From a virus (taxonomy: Duplodnaviria; Caudoviricetes): a DNA stretch of 55,927 bases. A model generated the notes under the pieces. It was not told where the DNA came from, made no database searches, and saw nothing but the letters and a program-made list of their open reading frames with translations. Position 1 is the first letter of the stretch; every line of letters begins with the position of its first letter. This document shows positions 36,860 to 47,889 of this stretch, in pieces. Position numbers and translations under genes: made by a program. The stretch spans positions 1 through 55,927 of IMG/VR virus record IMGVR_UViG_3300013093_000056; one strand, given 5' to 3'.

Positions 36860-39611
36860 ACACATGGGATCCTGTGTGATCACACAGGATTGAAGTATCT
36901 GCGTACAACTTGAATCCCTTGCTCTGAGCCATCTTTGCAAAATAAAGATCCTCTGAGAATGTATGGTTGTGATCTAAAGCAGACTTATATAAGAATTGTG
37001 GATATCCAATATCAACCATCACTTGTTTCTTAACAAGAACGCAACCAAATCCACAAGCACCTACTTCAACCAATCCTTTTCCTCTAATTGTATCATAGTC
37101 GATATGATCATATCCACCTTGTGGATTATTTGCAAACAATTCAATTACCTGTCTATCATGAAGTCTTTGTCTGTATACACCAGAGACTACATCTTTATCA
37201 TGTGACAACAGTTTAACTAATGTGTCTGCAGGAAAAGAAATGTCATGGTCGACACCAAACAAATAATCAAAAGGACCTTTACACACCCATTCTGCAATAA
37301 GGTTTCTTACTTGATCAACCTGATATCCATAAAAGAATTGAAACGTAGTATCATATCCTTCTGGCACAATAAGATCATAAATTGCCTTGAAAGTTGTGGG
37401 CTCTATGTTTCTAGCTGTTGGTATTGCTATTAAAATGTTTTTTTTTGGCATAATGTTTTTTACTACCACTTCTTTTGTTGGAACAATATCTACATTCAAA
37501 GAACGTGGAGTAGAATTTACATCCACTTTGTTAATTTGTAACTTAGCATCGCCTGCAATTTTACTTGCATTTTTGTTTTGCAATTCACCATTGACTTTGT
37601 AATCGTTCAATGGGTTCTTATCATTATAAAGCATAACAATATCCTGAACTACTTTAATCTTGTTAGGATCTGCTTGTTCTAAAATATTATAGAATGTGGC
37701 ATTATCACCACCTGCTTTGAACCATTCTCCACTCTCATCTTTAAACACAGCATCGTCAATATAGTTCAAAAGCTCTCTACGAAATGTTCTTAGATGAGGA
37801 TAAGGCATACCCCAGTTAAATTTGTAGTTACGATAGTCTTTTGCATCTCTAACAGCCTTAGGATAAGGTTGTGCAATAAGAGGAATATTATCTACTTCTG
37901 ACCAGCAACTTCCATAGGAATAATCTACATTACCACTTGCATACAAGTTGTTGTAGAAATTAAAAATGTTGTTGTCGTTTATTAATGCATCATCACCATC
38001 TAGCAATACAACAATTGTATCTTGACCAAACACAGCATTTCTTAAAGTATTAATTTGATTGTATACTGCACCTTTGTTTTCTGTATTTGTAATAACTTCT
38101 ATCTTTGAACTAATATCTTCTGGTAATGTTTTTAGCTTATGATTGATAGCAAACTTAGATCCATCAGTACTTGCATCGTTAATTAAATACAATGACCAAT
38201 TGTTGTAGTTTTGTGTAACGACAGAATCAATACATCTAAGAATATATTGTTCTGCATTGTAAAATGGAGTAACTACAGCAATGTGGCTTTCTTTATTCTG
38301 AGAATATGTACCCCATTCTTCCTTATTACTAAAACGTCTTCCAAATACTTTATGAACACGTTGGTTAATGTAAGAAACTTTATTATATTCTTCTTTAGAA
38401 AGATACAATCCAAATTGCTTAACAAAATGTTGCTTCCATTGTAATGCAACTGTATCCCATGTATTAATATCTTTAATCACATTGCAATAGTATTGCTTTT
38501 GCTGGTGAAGATATGGATTGTTGTATGCATTAATAACTAATCCTGCAAATCGTTCACATTGTTGATCAATATTAATGTTTGGAAATAATCCATTTGGTTC
38601 AATAGCATAATTGATAAAGTAAGATGCTTGATCTATTGCAGTTTCTTCCAGTGCACCAAATCGAGTAGCAACAAGAGGTGTATTATATGTCAAAGATTCT
38701 AATGTAGAAATACCAAACGTCTCTGGAAATGCTCCAGGAAACAAGAACATAGATGACTTAGCGAGAATTTCTGCAATTTCGTTCTGAGGAATAATTCCTG
38801 TAAACTCAATATCCATTGCATTGTATTTTGGATCTTTCACAAGCTCATGAAGTTTCTTACCTTGATCGTCTAATGGAGCATCTTCACGGAAACGATAGTA
38901 ACCACCAATAACTTTCAACTTTGCTTGAGGAATAGCAAGTTTAATTTTAGGCCAAATACGATCAATAAGAGGAATCATTCCTTTTGTTAATGAAGCATTG
39001 TATACAAAAAGATTTCTATCCTTTTCCATCATATTTACTTCGTCAATATACTGAACGACAGCATTACGAGTTTGGAAAATCTTGTCTTTCAATACTTCAA
39101 AATTGCGTCTCTTTCCATGATCGCAAGTAGAAACGTAAGAAGTGTGGAAATCACTCAGAGTAAAGATTTTATCTATATAATTGTTTATGGCCAAATCTTC
39201 TACGTTAATGTCACCATTACAAAACGTATCATGCATCCAAAGCACTTTGTATTTTGCTTTGTTTCTTAGGTTTTGAAAAATCTGTGGAGGATAACGAGTG
39301 GCAGTTTGATATGCTTGGTAATATTGTTCTGGAATAAAAGGTACAACGGTGCGTGATGATATTAAAATATCAAATTGATCAGAAGCAGTTATTGAAGAAA
39401 CTGGTCTGTAATTTACACCAGCGTAAATACCTGGAGAACAATCCTCTTCACCACAAGCATTAAAAACAGTGACAGGAAACCCCAATTTTGCCAATTCTTT
39501 GGAGATAAGAATGACAGCAGACTCAGATCCTCCCAAACCTTTCTTAGAAAGTGTGGATCCGTCATACACAAGTCCAATCAAATCAAGGATAGCAATTGAA
39601 GGCAAACTCAT
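36846..39611 (-). CDS. Three-domain glycosyltransferase (GT4-like GT-B, GT2, GT-A-like)
   Basis: GLGGSESA and ETFGISTLES (GT-B); VVTPFYNAE, INDASTDGS and LDGDD (GT2); ILIAIPT, VDHD, GFGCVLVK and SEDLYF (second GT-A). Confidence 0.9.
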   Translation of the reverse strand: MSLPSIAILDLIGLVYDGSTLSKKGLGGSESAVILISKELAKLGFPVTVFNACGEEDCSPGIYAGVNYRPVSSITASDQFDILISSRTVVPFIPEQYYQAYQTATRYPPQIFQNLRNKAKYKVLWMHDTFCNGDINVEDLAINNYIDKIFTLSDFHTSYVSTCDHGKRRNFEVLKDKIFQTRNAVVQYIDEVNMMEKDRNLFVYNASLTKGMIPLIDRIWPKIKLAIPQAKLKVIGGYYRFREDAPLDDQGKKLHELVKDPKYNAMDIEFTGIIPQNEIAEILAKSSMFLFPGAFPETFGISTLESLTYNTPLVATRFGALEETAIDQASYFINYAIEPNGLFPNINIDQQCERFAGLVINAYNNPYLHQQKQYYCNVIKDINTWDTVALQWKQHFVKQFGLYLSKEEYNKVSYINQRVHKVFGRRFSNKEEWGTYSQNKESHIAVVTPFYNAEQYILRCIDSVVTQNYNNWSLYLINDASTDGSKFAINHKLKTLPEDISSKIEVITNTENKGAVYNQINTLRNAVFGQDTIVVLLDGDDALINDNNIFNFYNNLYASGNVDYSYGSCWSEVDNIPLIAQPYPKAVRDAKDYRNYKFNWGMPYPHLRTFRRELLNYIDDAVFKDESGEWFKAGGDNATFYNILEQADPNKIKVVQDIVMLYNDKNPLNDYKVNGELQNKNASKIAGDAKLQINKVDVNSTPRSLNVDIVPTKEVVVKNIMPKKNILIAIPTARNIEPTTFKAIYDLIVPEGYDTTFQFFYGYQVDQVRNLIAEWVCKGPFDYLFGVDHDISFPADTLVKLLSHDKDVVSGVYRQRLHDRQVIELFANNPQGGYDHIDYDTIRGKGLVEVGACGFGCVLVKKQVMVDIGYPQFLYKSALDHNHTFSEDLYFAKMAQSKGFKLYADTSILCDHTGSHVFTVS

Positions 39612-39630
39612 ATTAACCTCATTATAAAAA

Positions 39631-39662
39631 CATAAATATCATCATAGTACTATATATTTATT
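39631..39662. promoter_or_regulatory. Pair of oppositely oriented late-promoter variants
   Basis: CATAAATA on + (39631-39638) and AATAAATA on - (39655-39662) in the 68 nt gap; same geometry as the 15617-15639 pair. Confidence 0.6.
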
Positions 39663-39679
39663 CATAGTTAAGGCCATAG

Positions 39680-42600
39680 ATGTCACTGATTTTATACAGT
39701 CAACAATTAGTAGCCAATGGAACTGCTAATTCGTTCTCACTTAGCAATACTGTTACTACAGCAAACAGCATTATTGTTAGCGTTAATGGCCTTGTACAGG
39801 TGCCAGGTGTCGATTATTACATTACTAATAACAATACCTTAAATTTAAATTATAGTCCACAAATAAACGAAAATATAGAAATAAGATACATCACAACAGA
39901 CAATGTTGGGTATCAAGGTTCTGCAGGTGCTAACGGATATTCAGGCTCAACTGGATACTTTGGATCACAAGGTTATTTTGGATCATTAGGCTATTTTGGT
40001 TCTCAGGGTTACTTTGGTTCTACTGGTTACCAAGGTTCTCAAGGTGCTCCTGGTGGAGCGCAGGGTTATACAGGTAGCTTTGGTTATACTGGTTCTATAG
40101 GTTTTACTGGTTCACAAGGTGTCCAAGGACCTGTAGGTCGTCCTTCTGGATCCGATAGATTCATTGGTAATGGTACAAATAACACATTTACATTAGGCAC
40201 ATATACATCTGATCCTAATTACATTTTTGTATTTACTAACGGTATTCAAGAAACACCAAATATAGACTATACCGTTGATGGGTACAACATTTATTTCACA
40301 ACACCTCCAAATGCAGGTGCAGAAGTTGAAGTAAGATATTTTAATACAACCATAGGTCCTGTTGGATTCCAAGGATCGACTGGTGTTCAAGGATCTGTTG
40401 GTTATAAAGGTTCTCTTGGTTCTACAGGTTACCTAGGATCATTGGGTTATTTTGGTTCTACTGGTTACATTGGTTCTGCTGGTTATCAAGGTTCTGCTGG
40501 TACACCTGGTGGTCCTCAAGGTTATACAGGTTCTTATGGATATACTGGTTCACAAGGTGCAGGCTATGTAGGTTCAAGAGGCTATGCTGGTGTTCCTTAT
40601 AAGAACGACATGTATATGGGTAATGGTAGCAATACCCAATTTACTCTTTCAGACATTACTCCTGATCCATTAAACATTCTAGTAACCATTAATGGTCTTA
40701 CACAGATTCCTGGAGTAGACTATACTATTCCTGATGGAATCACTCTTACATTTTCAACTGCTCCATTAATTAATGAAGACATCGAAGTAAGATATTTTGG
40801 TGTTACGATTGGTGGAACTGGTTATTTTGGATCTGTAGGTTATCGTGGATCTCTTGGTGTTACAGGTTACAGAGGTTCTACAGGTGAAACAGGTTACATA
40901 GGTTCTAAGGGTGATCAAGGTTATACAGGTTCTTTTGGTTACACTGGATCTTTTGGTTATACTGGTTCGTTTGGTAATACAGGCTTTGTTGGATCAAAGG
41001 GCGACACAGGTTACTTAGGATCATTTGGTTATACTGGTAGCTTTGGTTACACTGGTTCTTTTGGTAACACAGGTTTTGTTGGTTCTAAAGGTGACACTGG
41101 TTTCACTGGTTCTGTTGGTCCTACTGGTGCGTTTGGTGGTCAAGCATTCTATTATAACTTTAATGCTAACACAGATAGTTCAGAACCTAGTACTGGTAGA
41201 GCAAAATTAAGTAACACTAACGTAACTCTTGCAACACATCTTTACATCAGTGAATTTGATTCTCTTGGTGATGACAACTATCAATTTTTGACTACTGTTG
41301 ATGCTTCTACTTCTGCAATTAAAGGTCACGTACAGATTACAGAAGTTGCTAACGTAAATCATTTTGCGTTCTTTAGTATCGTAGGTAACCATACATTTAA
41401 TACTGATTGGTTTGACATTAATGTTTCCTATGTGTCTGGTCCTGCAACTTCATTCAACAACAATTCAAATGTTGTTTTCACATTTGCTGTTACAGGTGAT
41501 AGAGGTGATACAGGTTACACAGGTTCAAGAGGTGATCTAGGATACTCAGGCTCTCAAGGTTATCTTGGTTCATTTGGTTATACAGGTAGCTTTGGATATA
41601 CAGGTTCTTTTGGTAACACAGGCTATACTGGCTCGTTTGGTTACACAGGTTCATTTGGTTATACAGGATCACAAGGTATAACAGGCTACTCTGGATCTCA
41701 AGGTGATCAGGGTGTTCAAGGTATAAGAGGTGATACAGGTCCTACAGGGTATACTGGTTCCAAAGGTGATTTAGGATATACTGGTTCACAAGGTTACTTT
41801 GGATCGTTTGGTTACACAGGTTCGTTTGGTTACACAGGTAGCTTTGGTAACACAGGCTACACAGGATCGTTTGGTGCAACAGGATATGTTGGATCGTTTG
41901 GTTATACTGGATCGTTTGGATATACAGGCTCACAAGGTGTAACAGGTTACACAGGTTCTTCTGGATTTACAGGATCGCAAGGTAATGCTGGTTTCTTAGG
42001 ATCATTTGGTTACACAGGTAGCTATGGTGATACTGGTTTCACAGGTTCGCAAGGTGTTGCAGGATATCTTGGATCGTTTGGTTATACTGGTTCATTTGGT
42101 GCAACCGGATATACTGGTTCACAAGGTATTCAAGGTGACGTAGGTAACATTGGTCCTATTGGTTTCACTGGTTCACAAGGTGTAGGATACTCTGGTTCAA
42201 AGGGTGATACTGGTTATCTTGGATCGTATGGTTTTACAGGATCACAAGGAACAGGCTATACAGGTTCAGCAGGTTTTGCTGGTTCCCAGGGTCCTTCTGG
42301 TCCTTATGGTGACAGAGGTTTCACTGGTTCTCAAGGTGATGTGGGATACGTTGGTTCACAGGGAGACATAGGTTTCACTGGTTCTCAAGGTATTATCGGT
42401 TACACCGGTTCGTTTGGTAGTTTAGGTTACACAGGTTCTATTGGTTATTCTGGTTCACAAGGTATTATTGGCTATACTGGATCTTATGGTAATCTAGGTT
42501 ATTCAGGTTCAATAGGTTATACTGGTTCACAAGGTGTAGGATACACAGGTTCTCAAGGTAATGATGGTCAACCTGGTTCATTTGGTGGTACAGTTTTCCT

Positions 42601-44665
42601 TTACTACTATGATGCAAATACAACTGCTGATAATCCAGGTACAGGTACAGTAAGATTCAGTAACACATATCTTGCTAATGCAACATTGTTATACATTAAC
42701 AAGAATGCGTTGGATTACACATATGTGTTCAATACGTTGTTGATTGTAGATAGTTCGACTTCTGGTATTAAAGGTCACTTTAAGATCCAGTCAACTACAA
42801 ACACTCAAAACTATGTCACGTTCATGATTATTGATAATCTGACTGATAATGGTTCTTATGCTACAATTCCTATTTCATATTTGTCTGGTGATCATGGTAC
42901 TGCTACAACAATAACCAACGGTACTATTTCATCGATGACTTTTGCAAGAACTGGTGATGCAGGTCCTGCAGGTTATGCTGGTTCTATTGGTAGTGCTGGT
43001 CCAACTGGTTCTGGTTATGATGGATCAAGAGGTTTCACTGGTTCTGTAGGTTACTTTGGATCTGTAGGTTATGTAGGATCTAATGGAGATCTAGGTTACA
43101 CAGGATCAATAGGATTTACTGGATCATATGGTGATACCGGTTATACAGGTTCTACTGGTGATTTAGGTTATACAGGTTCAACTGGTGCTGGGTATGTTGG
43201 TTCTCAAGGAACAACTGGCTATACAGGATCAACAGGTGATCTTGGTTACACAGGCTCTACAGGTGCTGGTTACGTTGGATCTAAAGGTGATCAAGGCGAT
43301 CTTGGTTACACTGGTTCAACAGGTGCAGGTTATGTAGGATCTCAAGGTGACACAGGATTCGTAGGATCTACTGGTAATCAAGGTTATACTGGTTCAAGAG
43401 GATTTGGTTATACAGGTTCTTCTGGTACTCAAGGTGATAAGGGTGACACTGGTTATGCTGGATCTATTGGTTCACAAGGATATGCTGGTTCTGTAGGTGC
43501 TGTTGGTTATGCAGGATCTACAGGTACTGCTGCAGGGGTATATGTAGTTTCTAATATCAATTCTGTTGTGACAGGAGCTGCTATCAGTGTTTCATTCTCC
43601 TCTAACTCAACTTATCCAAATATCTTTACACTTTCTCAAGTTCCTACTTTTGCATTCACATCAGACAACAGATATTGGGTATACAACACAAGTGCAACAA
43701 AAAATGCTTTCCAGGCATATTATGGTCCAGGAAACACAAACAATGTTCCTATTACTAGTGATGTATATCTTGCATTTGAACTTTCAAATGGAGCTTTAAT
43801 TAATATTCAATCTGGTGACTTTATTAGTTTCAGTGGTGGTTCTAACACATATAACATTCCTAATCTTCCTTCAATCTCTGGTCAGAGCAACACATTTACA
43901 GTTGTTAATACAGATCTTGCTGCTTGGATATTCACAACCCAAAACTTGACAATCAACTATGGATTGTCGTACACAAGATTAGGAACCACACAACAAATGT
44001 CTGGTTCTACAACAACATTGTTTAATACTCAACCAACAATGTTCAACGTTGCAAGTATTTCAGGTAGCTATGCATCTCCTGTTCCTTATTGGAATCTTGG
44101 TGGTACATTTAACTGGAGCTTGAGTGGTATTACTGGATCAATTACATCAAGTACTGCAACTTATACTTACAATGGTAATGGTCACGTAAATGCACTTTCA
44201 ACAGGAACAAGCACATCAGGAACAGGACCATATGTTTCTGATACTACACAAACTATTACATTAAGCTATACACCATCTGGTAATGGTCTAAATCCAAATA
44301 CAAATACAACTTCTGCAACAAGAACAGCAACTATTGCAGCAGCTTCTAAGTATTATCCAGCATTTTACATTATTAACTCTTCAAGTTCAGCACCTTCATT
44401 TGACCCTACATCATATAGTAGAATAACAAATACTACATTTGCTCCTGGTCAAACTGTTACTACTTCTGGAACTGCTTCAAACTATCTTTGGGTTGCAACA
44501 CCACAATCTGTTTCTTGGTCAAAGACTTGGACATTTACTGTAAGTGGATTTACTGCTACAGCAACTCCTGCTGTAACAACAACACAAACAATTTCTGGTG
44601 TTGCTTATGATGTGTTTGGATTTACTAACTATACATCTGCAACAGTTCTAACATCGGTCGCATAA
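39680..44665 (+). CDS. Collagen-like (GYTGSx) fibre protein with interspersed globular modules
   Basis: 1661 aa; long Gly-X-Y runs; three NG...F.L..NG..Q.P..DY..EVRY modules; two FGG...D.STS.IKGH modules; Thr/Ser-rich C-terminus. Confidence 0.85.
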   Translation: MSLILYSQQLVANGTANSFSLSNTVTTANSIIVSVNGLVQVPGVDYYITNNNTLNLNYSPQINENIEIRYITTDNVGYQGSAGANGYSGSTGYFGSQGYFGSLGYFGSQGYFGSTGYQGSQGAPGGAQGYTGSFGYTGSIGFTGSQGVQGPVGRPSGSDRFIGNGTNNTFTLGTYTSDPNYIFVFTNGIQETPNIDYTVDGYNIYFTTPPNAGAEVEVRYFNTTIGPVGFQGSTGVQGSVGYKGSLGSTGYLGSLGYFGSTGYIGSAGYQGSAGTPGGPQGYTGSYGYTGSQGAGYVGSRGYAGVPYKNDMYMGNGSNTQFTLSDITPDPLNILVTINGLTQIPGVDYTIPDGITLTFSTAPLINEDIEVRYFGVTIGGTGYFGSVGYRGSLGVTGYRGSTGETGYIGSKGDQGYTGSFGYTGSFGYTGSFGNTGFVGSKGDTGYLGSFGYTGSFGYTGSFGNTGFVGSKGDTGFTGSVGPTGAFGGQAFYYNFNANTDSSEPSTGRAKLSNTNVTLATHLYISEFDSLGDDNYQFLTTVDASTSAIKGHVQITEVANVNHFAFFSIVGNHTFNTDWFDINVSYVSGPATSFNNNSNVVFTFAVTGDRGDTGYTGSRGDLGYSGSQGYLGSFGYTGSFGYTGSFGNTGYTGSFGYTGSFGYTGSQGITGYSGSQGDQGVQGIRGDTGPTGYTGSKGDLGYTGSQGYFGSFGYTGSFGYTGSFGNTGYTGSFGATGYVGSFGYTGSFGYTGSQGVTGYTGSSGFTGSQGNAGFLGSFGYTGSYGDTGFTGSQGVAGYLGSFGYTGSFGATGYTGSQGIQGDVGNIGPIGFTGSQGVGYSGSKGDTGYLGSYGFTGSQGTGYTGSAGFAGSQGPSGPYGDRGFTGSQGDVGYVGSQGDIGFTGSQGIIGYTGSFGSLGYTGSIGYSGSQGIIGYTGSYGNLGYSGSIGYTGSQGVGYTGSQGNDGQPGSFGGTVFLYYYDANTTADNPGTGTVRFSNTYLANATLLYINKNALDYTYVFNTLLIVDSSTSGIKGHFKIQSTTNTQNYVTFMIIDNLTDNGSYATIPISYLSGDHGTATTITNGTISSMTFARTGDAGPAGYAGSIGSAGPTGSGYDGSRGFTGSVGYFGSVGYVGSNGDLGYTGSIGFTGSYGDTGYTGSTGDLGYTGSTGAGYVGSQGTTGYTGSTGDLGYTGSTGAGYVGSKGDQGDLGYTGSTGAGYVGSQGDTGFVGSTGNQGYTGSRGFGYTGSSGTQGDKGDTGYAGSIGSQGYAGSVGAVGYAGSTGTAAGVYVVSNINSVVTGAAISVSFSSNSTYPNIFTLSQVPTFAFTSDNRYWVYNTSATKNAFQAYYGPGNTNNVPITSDVYLAFELSNGALINIQSGDFISFSGGSNTYNIPNLPSISGQSNTFTVVNTDLAAWIFTTQNLTINYGLSYTRLGTTQQMSGSTTTLFNTQPTMFNVASISGSYASPVPYWNLGGTFNWSLSGITGSITSSTATYTYNGNGHVNALSTGTSTSGTGPYVSDTTQTITLSYTPSGNGLNPNTNTTSATRTATIAAASKYYPAFYIINSSSSAPSFDPTSYSRITNTTFAPGQTVTTSGTASNYLWVATPQSVSWSKTWTFTVSGFTATATPAVTTTQTISGVAYDVFGFTNYTSATVLTSVA

Positions 44666-44666
44666 C

Positions 44667-45074
44667 ATGTCAGCAATTGTACAATTTCCAACCCCAACAA
44701 CGTTCAGAAATCTTGCAGATCCTACACAATCGACAGATGGTGCAACAAAAAGTTATGTAGATTCTGCTATTAGTTCTGGAGCGGCTACTCCTAATTTAAC
44801 AATTTTAAGTATTTCGTCAGAATATGGAACTGTAAATACTTCTGTACATCTTACTGCTAACATCTACTTTGATGAGAGTTCAGGATTAAAAGTAAAAAGT
44901 GAAGGTTCCGGTAACGTATTCATTACCAATACTAAAGTAGCTAATGTTATTGTTCAAAATACTGCTCCTTCTGGAGTATATCCTGGACAACTATGGATGG
45001 ATTCTGATTATGGTATTTTAAGTGTAAATGTAGGAACAGATTATAGTAACGTAGTATGGATTGAAGTAGCATAA
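44667..45074 (+). CDS. Fibre-associated structural protein
   Basis: LADPT..TDGATKSYVD fibre motif; C-terminal AP....GQLWMD motif. Confidence 0.7.
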   Translation: MSAIVQFPTPTTFRNLADPTQSTDGATKSYVDSAISSGAATPNLTILSISSEYGTVNTSVHLTANIYFDESSGLKVKSEGSGNVFITNTKVANVIVQNTAPSGVYPGQLWMDSDYGILSVNVGTDYSNVVWIEVA

Positions 45075-45859
45075 TGTCATTAAGTTTTCCAAGTAATCCT
45101 CAAGTTAATGACACAACCATTACAGGTGGAAAAACCTGGACATGGGATGGCTCTCGTTGGAGACATACTTATCCTGTTGGTTACCAAGGTTCTGCAGGTA
45201 ATACAGGATATCAAGGATCTCAAGGTGTGACAGGTTATATGGGATCTGTTGGTTATATGGGATCGATGGGTTACACAGGATCAAAGGGTGACATAGGATA
45301 TTCTGGATCTCAGGGATATGGTTTTTATCCTTTAGCAGGTACGACAACTTATCCAACTGATAGTTCATATATTGGCTCTGGAATTTATTTTTATGTTCCA
45401 TCTTACAGTGCATTTGCTGTTGGAGATTTTGTTAATGTGTTTGATCAAACTAGTGGATCAACATATTTCATGTATGGAAAAATTACTGCTATCATTGATG
45501 CAGGAGGAATGGGATGGCAAGTAGATATACTTGTTAATTCTGTAGGTGGAACACCTGTCGGTGGTTCATCTTCTAGTTGGACAGTACAATTAACTGGTTC
45601 TGTAGGTTATACAGGATCAACAGGATATACCGGATCATATGGTTATACTGGTTCTTTTGGATACACAGGATCGTTTGGATATACAGGTTCAGCAGGAACT
45701 ACATTGTTGTCAGGTTTATCAGATGTTGTGATTCCAGAAGAAATAGGAAATAATTATATTTTGGCTTACAATGCATCCGATTATAAATACCACATAACAC
45801 CTATTTACGTTGCAGATACAACATTATCAAATACAGAAATTGACGGAGGAAGCTTCTAA
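45074..45859 (+). CDS. Short collagen-like fibre protein
   Basis: FPSNP....GGKTWTWDG.RW head, GYTGS repeats, LSGLSDV motif, DGGSF end. Confidence 0.78.
   Translation: MSLSFPSNPQVNDTTITGGKTWTWDGSRWRHTYPVGYQGSAGNTGYQGSQGVTGYMGSVGYMGSMGYTGSKGDIGYSGSQGYGFYPLAGTTTYPTDSSYIGSGIYFYVPSYSAFAVGDFVNVFDQTSGSTYFMYGKITAIIDAGGMGWQVDILVNSVGGTPVGGSSSSWTVQLTGSVGYTGSTGYTGSYGYTGSFGYTGSFGYTGSAGTTLLSGLSDVVIPEEIGNNYILAYNASDYKYHITPIYVADTTLSNTEIDGGSF
45782..45789 (+). promoter_or_regulatory. Possible late promoter
   Basis: TATAAATA 70 nt upstream of the 45860 ORF. Confidence 0.5.
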
Positions 45860-47593
45860 ATGTCGAGCCCAAGTAATCTAATTCAAATTAAACGTTCCCA
45901 AACGGTAGGGACCCCAACCTCGCTAGCGAACGGTGAATTAGCTTTCTCCGCTTCGAGCAACACACTTTTCATTGGTAATTTTGGAACAGTAACTCCAATT
46001 GCTGGTGGTAGAAATCCTGGTGTACTTACTGCTAACCAAGCTTTGGTAGCAAATAGTACATATGGTCTTAACTTTATAAAGACTGCTAACCTTCAAGTTC
46101 AATCTATTACAGCCAATGGTGTTTCTTCACCTGGTGCTGGTTATCTAATTGCAGTAGATGCTGGTGGTAATACTTACTGGCAAAACCCTACAACTTTTGG
46201 TGTTGGTTCTCAGTATGTAACTAACACGGATTCGAGAGTTCTTTCTGGTAACCTAACATTCTCTGGAGCACTTACACAATTTACTGGAGCTAACGTCAAC
46301 ATTACTACTGGCGTTCTTTCTGGTAACGGTATGTATTTGACAGGCGTTAATGCACAGCAATTAAATGGTAATACATTCTCTGATGTTACCATCATTGTAA
46401 ATGCTGCATATGCAAATGCTGCTGCAAAAGCAGAAAATGCATTTTCAAATGCTGCCTCAAGAGCTGACAGTGCATATTCTAACGCAGTTGCAAAGTCTAT
46501 TTCTATTGCCCAAGGTTATGCTGATTCTGCATATTCAAATGCTGTTACAAAAGCAGTTGGTATTTCTGAAGCTTACACACAAGGCTATACTGTTCCTCTT
46601 GGTACACAGACATCTGGTGATTACGTAGCTGATATCTATGCAGGTTCTGGTATTAATGTTTCTACTGGAACTGGCGCAGGATCTACTCCTACTATTTCCA
46701 CTGTTCAGGATATTAATCCAACATCTAACGTATCTTTTGCAAACGTAGTTGCTGGTATTCTTACTTCATCAGGAAACACAGTACTAGGTACAACCTCTGC
46801 AGATAAAGTAACTGTTAATGGTTCAGTTGCATCTAATCTTGTTCCAGATGGTAATAATACACGCAACTTAGGTTCATCTGGTGATCAGTGGGCTTCATTA
46901 CATTCAGTACAGGTAGATGTCAATGGCGTAGCTATTACAGCTTCTGGCTCTAACATTAATGTTCAAGGAAGCCTGTCTGTTAATACATCACTATCTGCTA
47001 ATGCACTTGTTGTTGCACACAACTTGTCTGTTGGTGGTGATCTATATGTAACAGGCAATGTTGTTTCTGCAAACATATATGCAATTTCAGTATCAGATCC
47101 ATTAATTCATCTTGGTGCAAACAATACCACAGATTCTTTAGATCTTGGTTTCTATGCAAGCTACAATACTGGAACAACAACAAACTATGCTGGTTTGGTA
47201 AGAGATTCTTCTGACAAGGTATTCAAGCTATTTACTAACTTGACTACTGATCCAGAAGGTGCTGGTCCTATCTCGTTTGACAATTCAGACGAAGGAACAT
47301 TGAAAGCATTCTTGATTTCTGGTGCTTTGGTTTCAAACTCTCAGACACTTACTCTAACTGCAACATCATCAACTAACGTTAATATTATAGCGAATACTTT
47401 GCAATTGTCAACTGCTCTTAACTACCAATATGGTGGTACAGGATTCAGTTCATATGGTCAGGGTGATTTGCTAGTAGGTAATACTACTGGTGGTCAAGGA
47501 TTGAGCAAGTTGGGTCTTGGAACATCTGGTTATGTTCTAATGTCAGATGGAACAAACCTTGTTTATTCAACACTTGATGGTGGCACATTCTAA
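45860..47593 (+). CDS. Tail fibre-like protein
   Basis: IQIKRS....P.SLANGELA N-terminus (Mtd/hyaluronidase-like), AYSNA coiled-coil repeats, V.DPLI.LG motif, DGGTF end. Confidence 0.78.
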   Translation: MSSPSNLIQIKRSQTVGTPTSLANGELAFSASSNTLFIGNFGTVTPIAGGRNPGVLTANQALVANSTYGLNFIKTANLQVQSITANGVSSPGAGYLIAVDAGGNTYWQNPTTFGVGSQYVTNTDSRVLSGNLTFSGALTQFTGANVNITTGVLSGNGMYLTGVNAQQLNGNTFSDVTIIVNAAYANAAAKAENAFSNAASRADSAYSNAVAKSISIAQGYADSAYSNAVTKAVGISEAYTQGYTVPLGTQTSGDYVADIYAGSGINVSTGTGAGSTPTISTVQDINPTSNVSFANVVAGILTSSGNTVLGTTSADKVTVNGSVASNLVPDGNNTRNLGSSGDQWASLHSVQVDVNGVAITASGSNINVQGSLSVNTSLSANALVVAHNLSVGGDLYVTGNVVSANIYAISVSDPLIHLGANNTTDSLDLGFYASYNTGTTTNYAGLVRDSSDKVFKLFTNLTTDPEGAGPISFDNSDEGTLKAFLISGALVSNSQTLTLTATSSTNVNIIANTLQLSTALNYQYGGTGFSSYGQGDLLVGNTTGGQGLSKLGLGTSGYVLMSDGTNLVYSTLDGGTF

Positions 47594-47628
47594 TAAAATT
47601 ACATTAAAATTGTGAAGGATTTTTTGTT

Positions 47629-47844
47629 ATGAATAATGAAATTTTTAATATCTACATTGACAAGTTAACAACAATGGTATCTGAGCTGACTAAGACAAGT
47701 ATTCTTCAGTCAGCTCAGATTTCTTATTATGAGAAGAATTTTCCTTTGCTAAATAATAAGATTGATGAACTTCAAAAAAGATTAGACGAAGCTTTAAATA
47801 AAGCAGAAACTAAGCAAAAAAAAGTTGATCTTACTAATTTATAA
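47629..47844 (+). CDS. Small coiled-coil protein, possible fibre chaperone
   Basis: 71 aa with GAAGGA RBS. Confidence 0.65.
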   Translation: MNNEIFNIYIDKLTTMVSELTKTSILQSAQISYYEKNFPLLNNKIDELQKRLDEALNKAETKQKKVDLTNL

Positions 47845-47889
47845 AAAGTATTGTTGTCACAGTATATACTGACTTGAGAGACATGCCAC

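Noticed and set aside
47860-47871. 12 bp palindrome CAGTATATACTG (and ATAGTACTAT at 39644-39653) as operator sites
   Set aside because: Short AT-rich palindromes are expected by chance, and I saw no shared consensus or regulator
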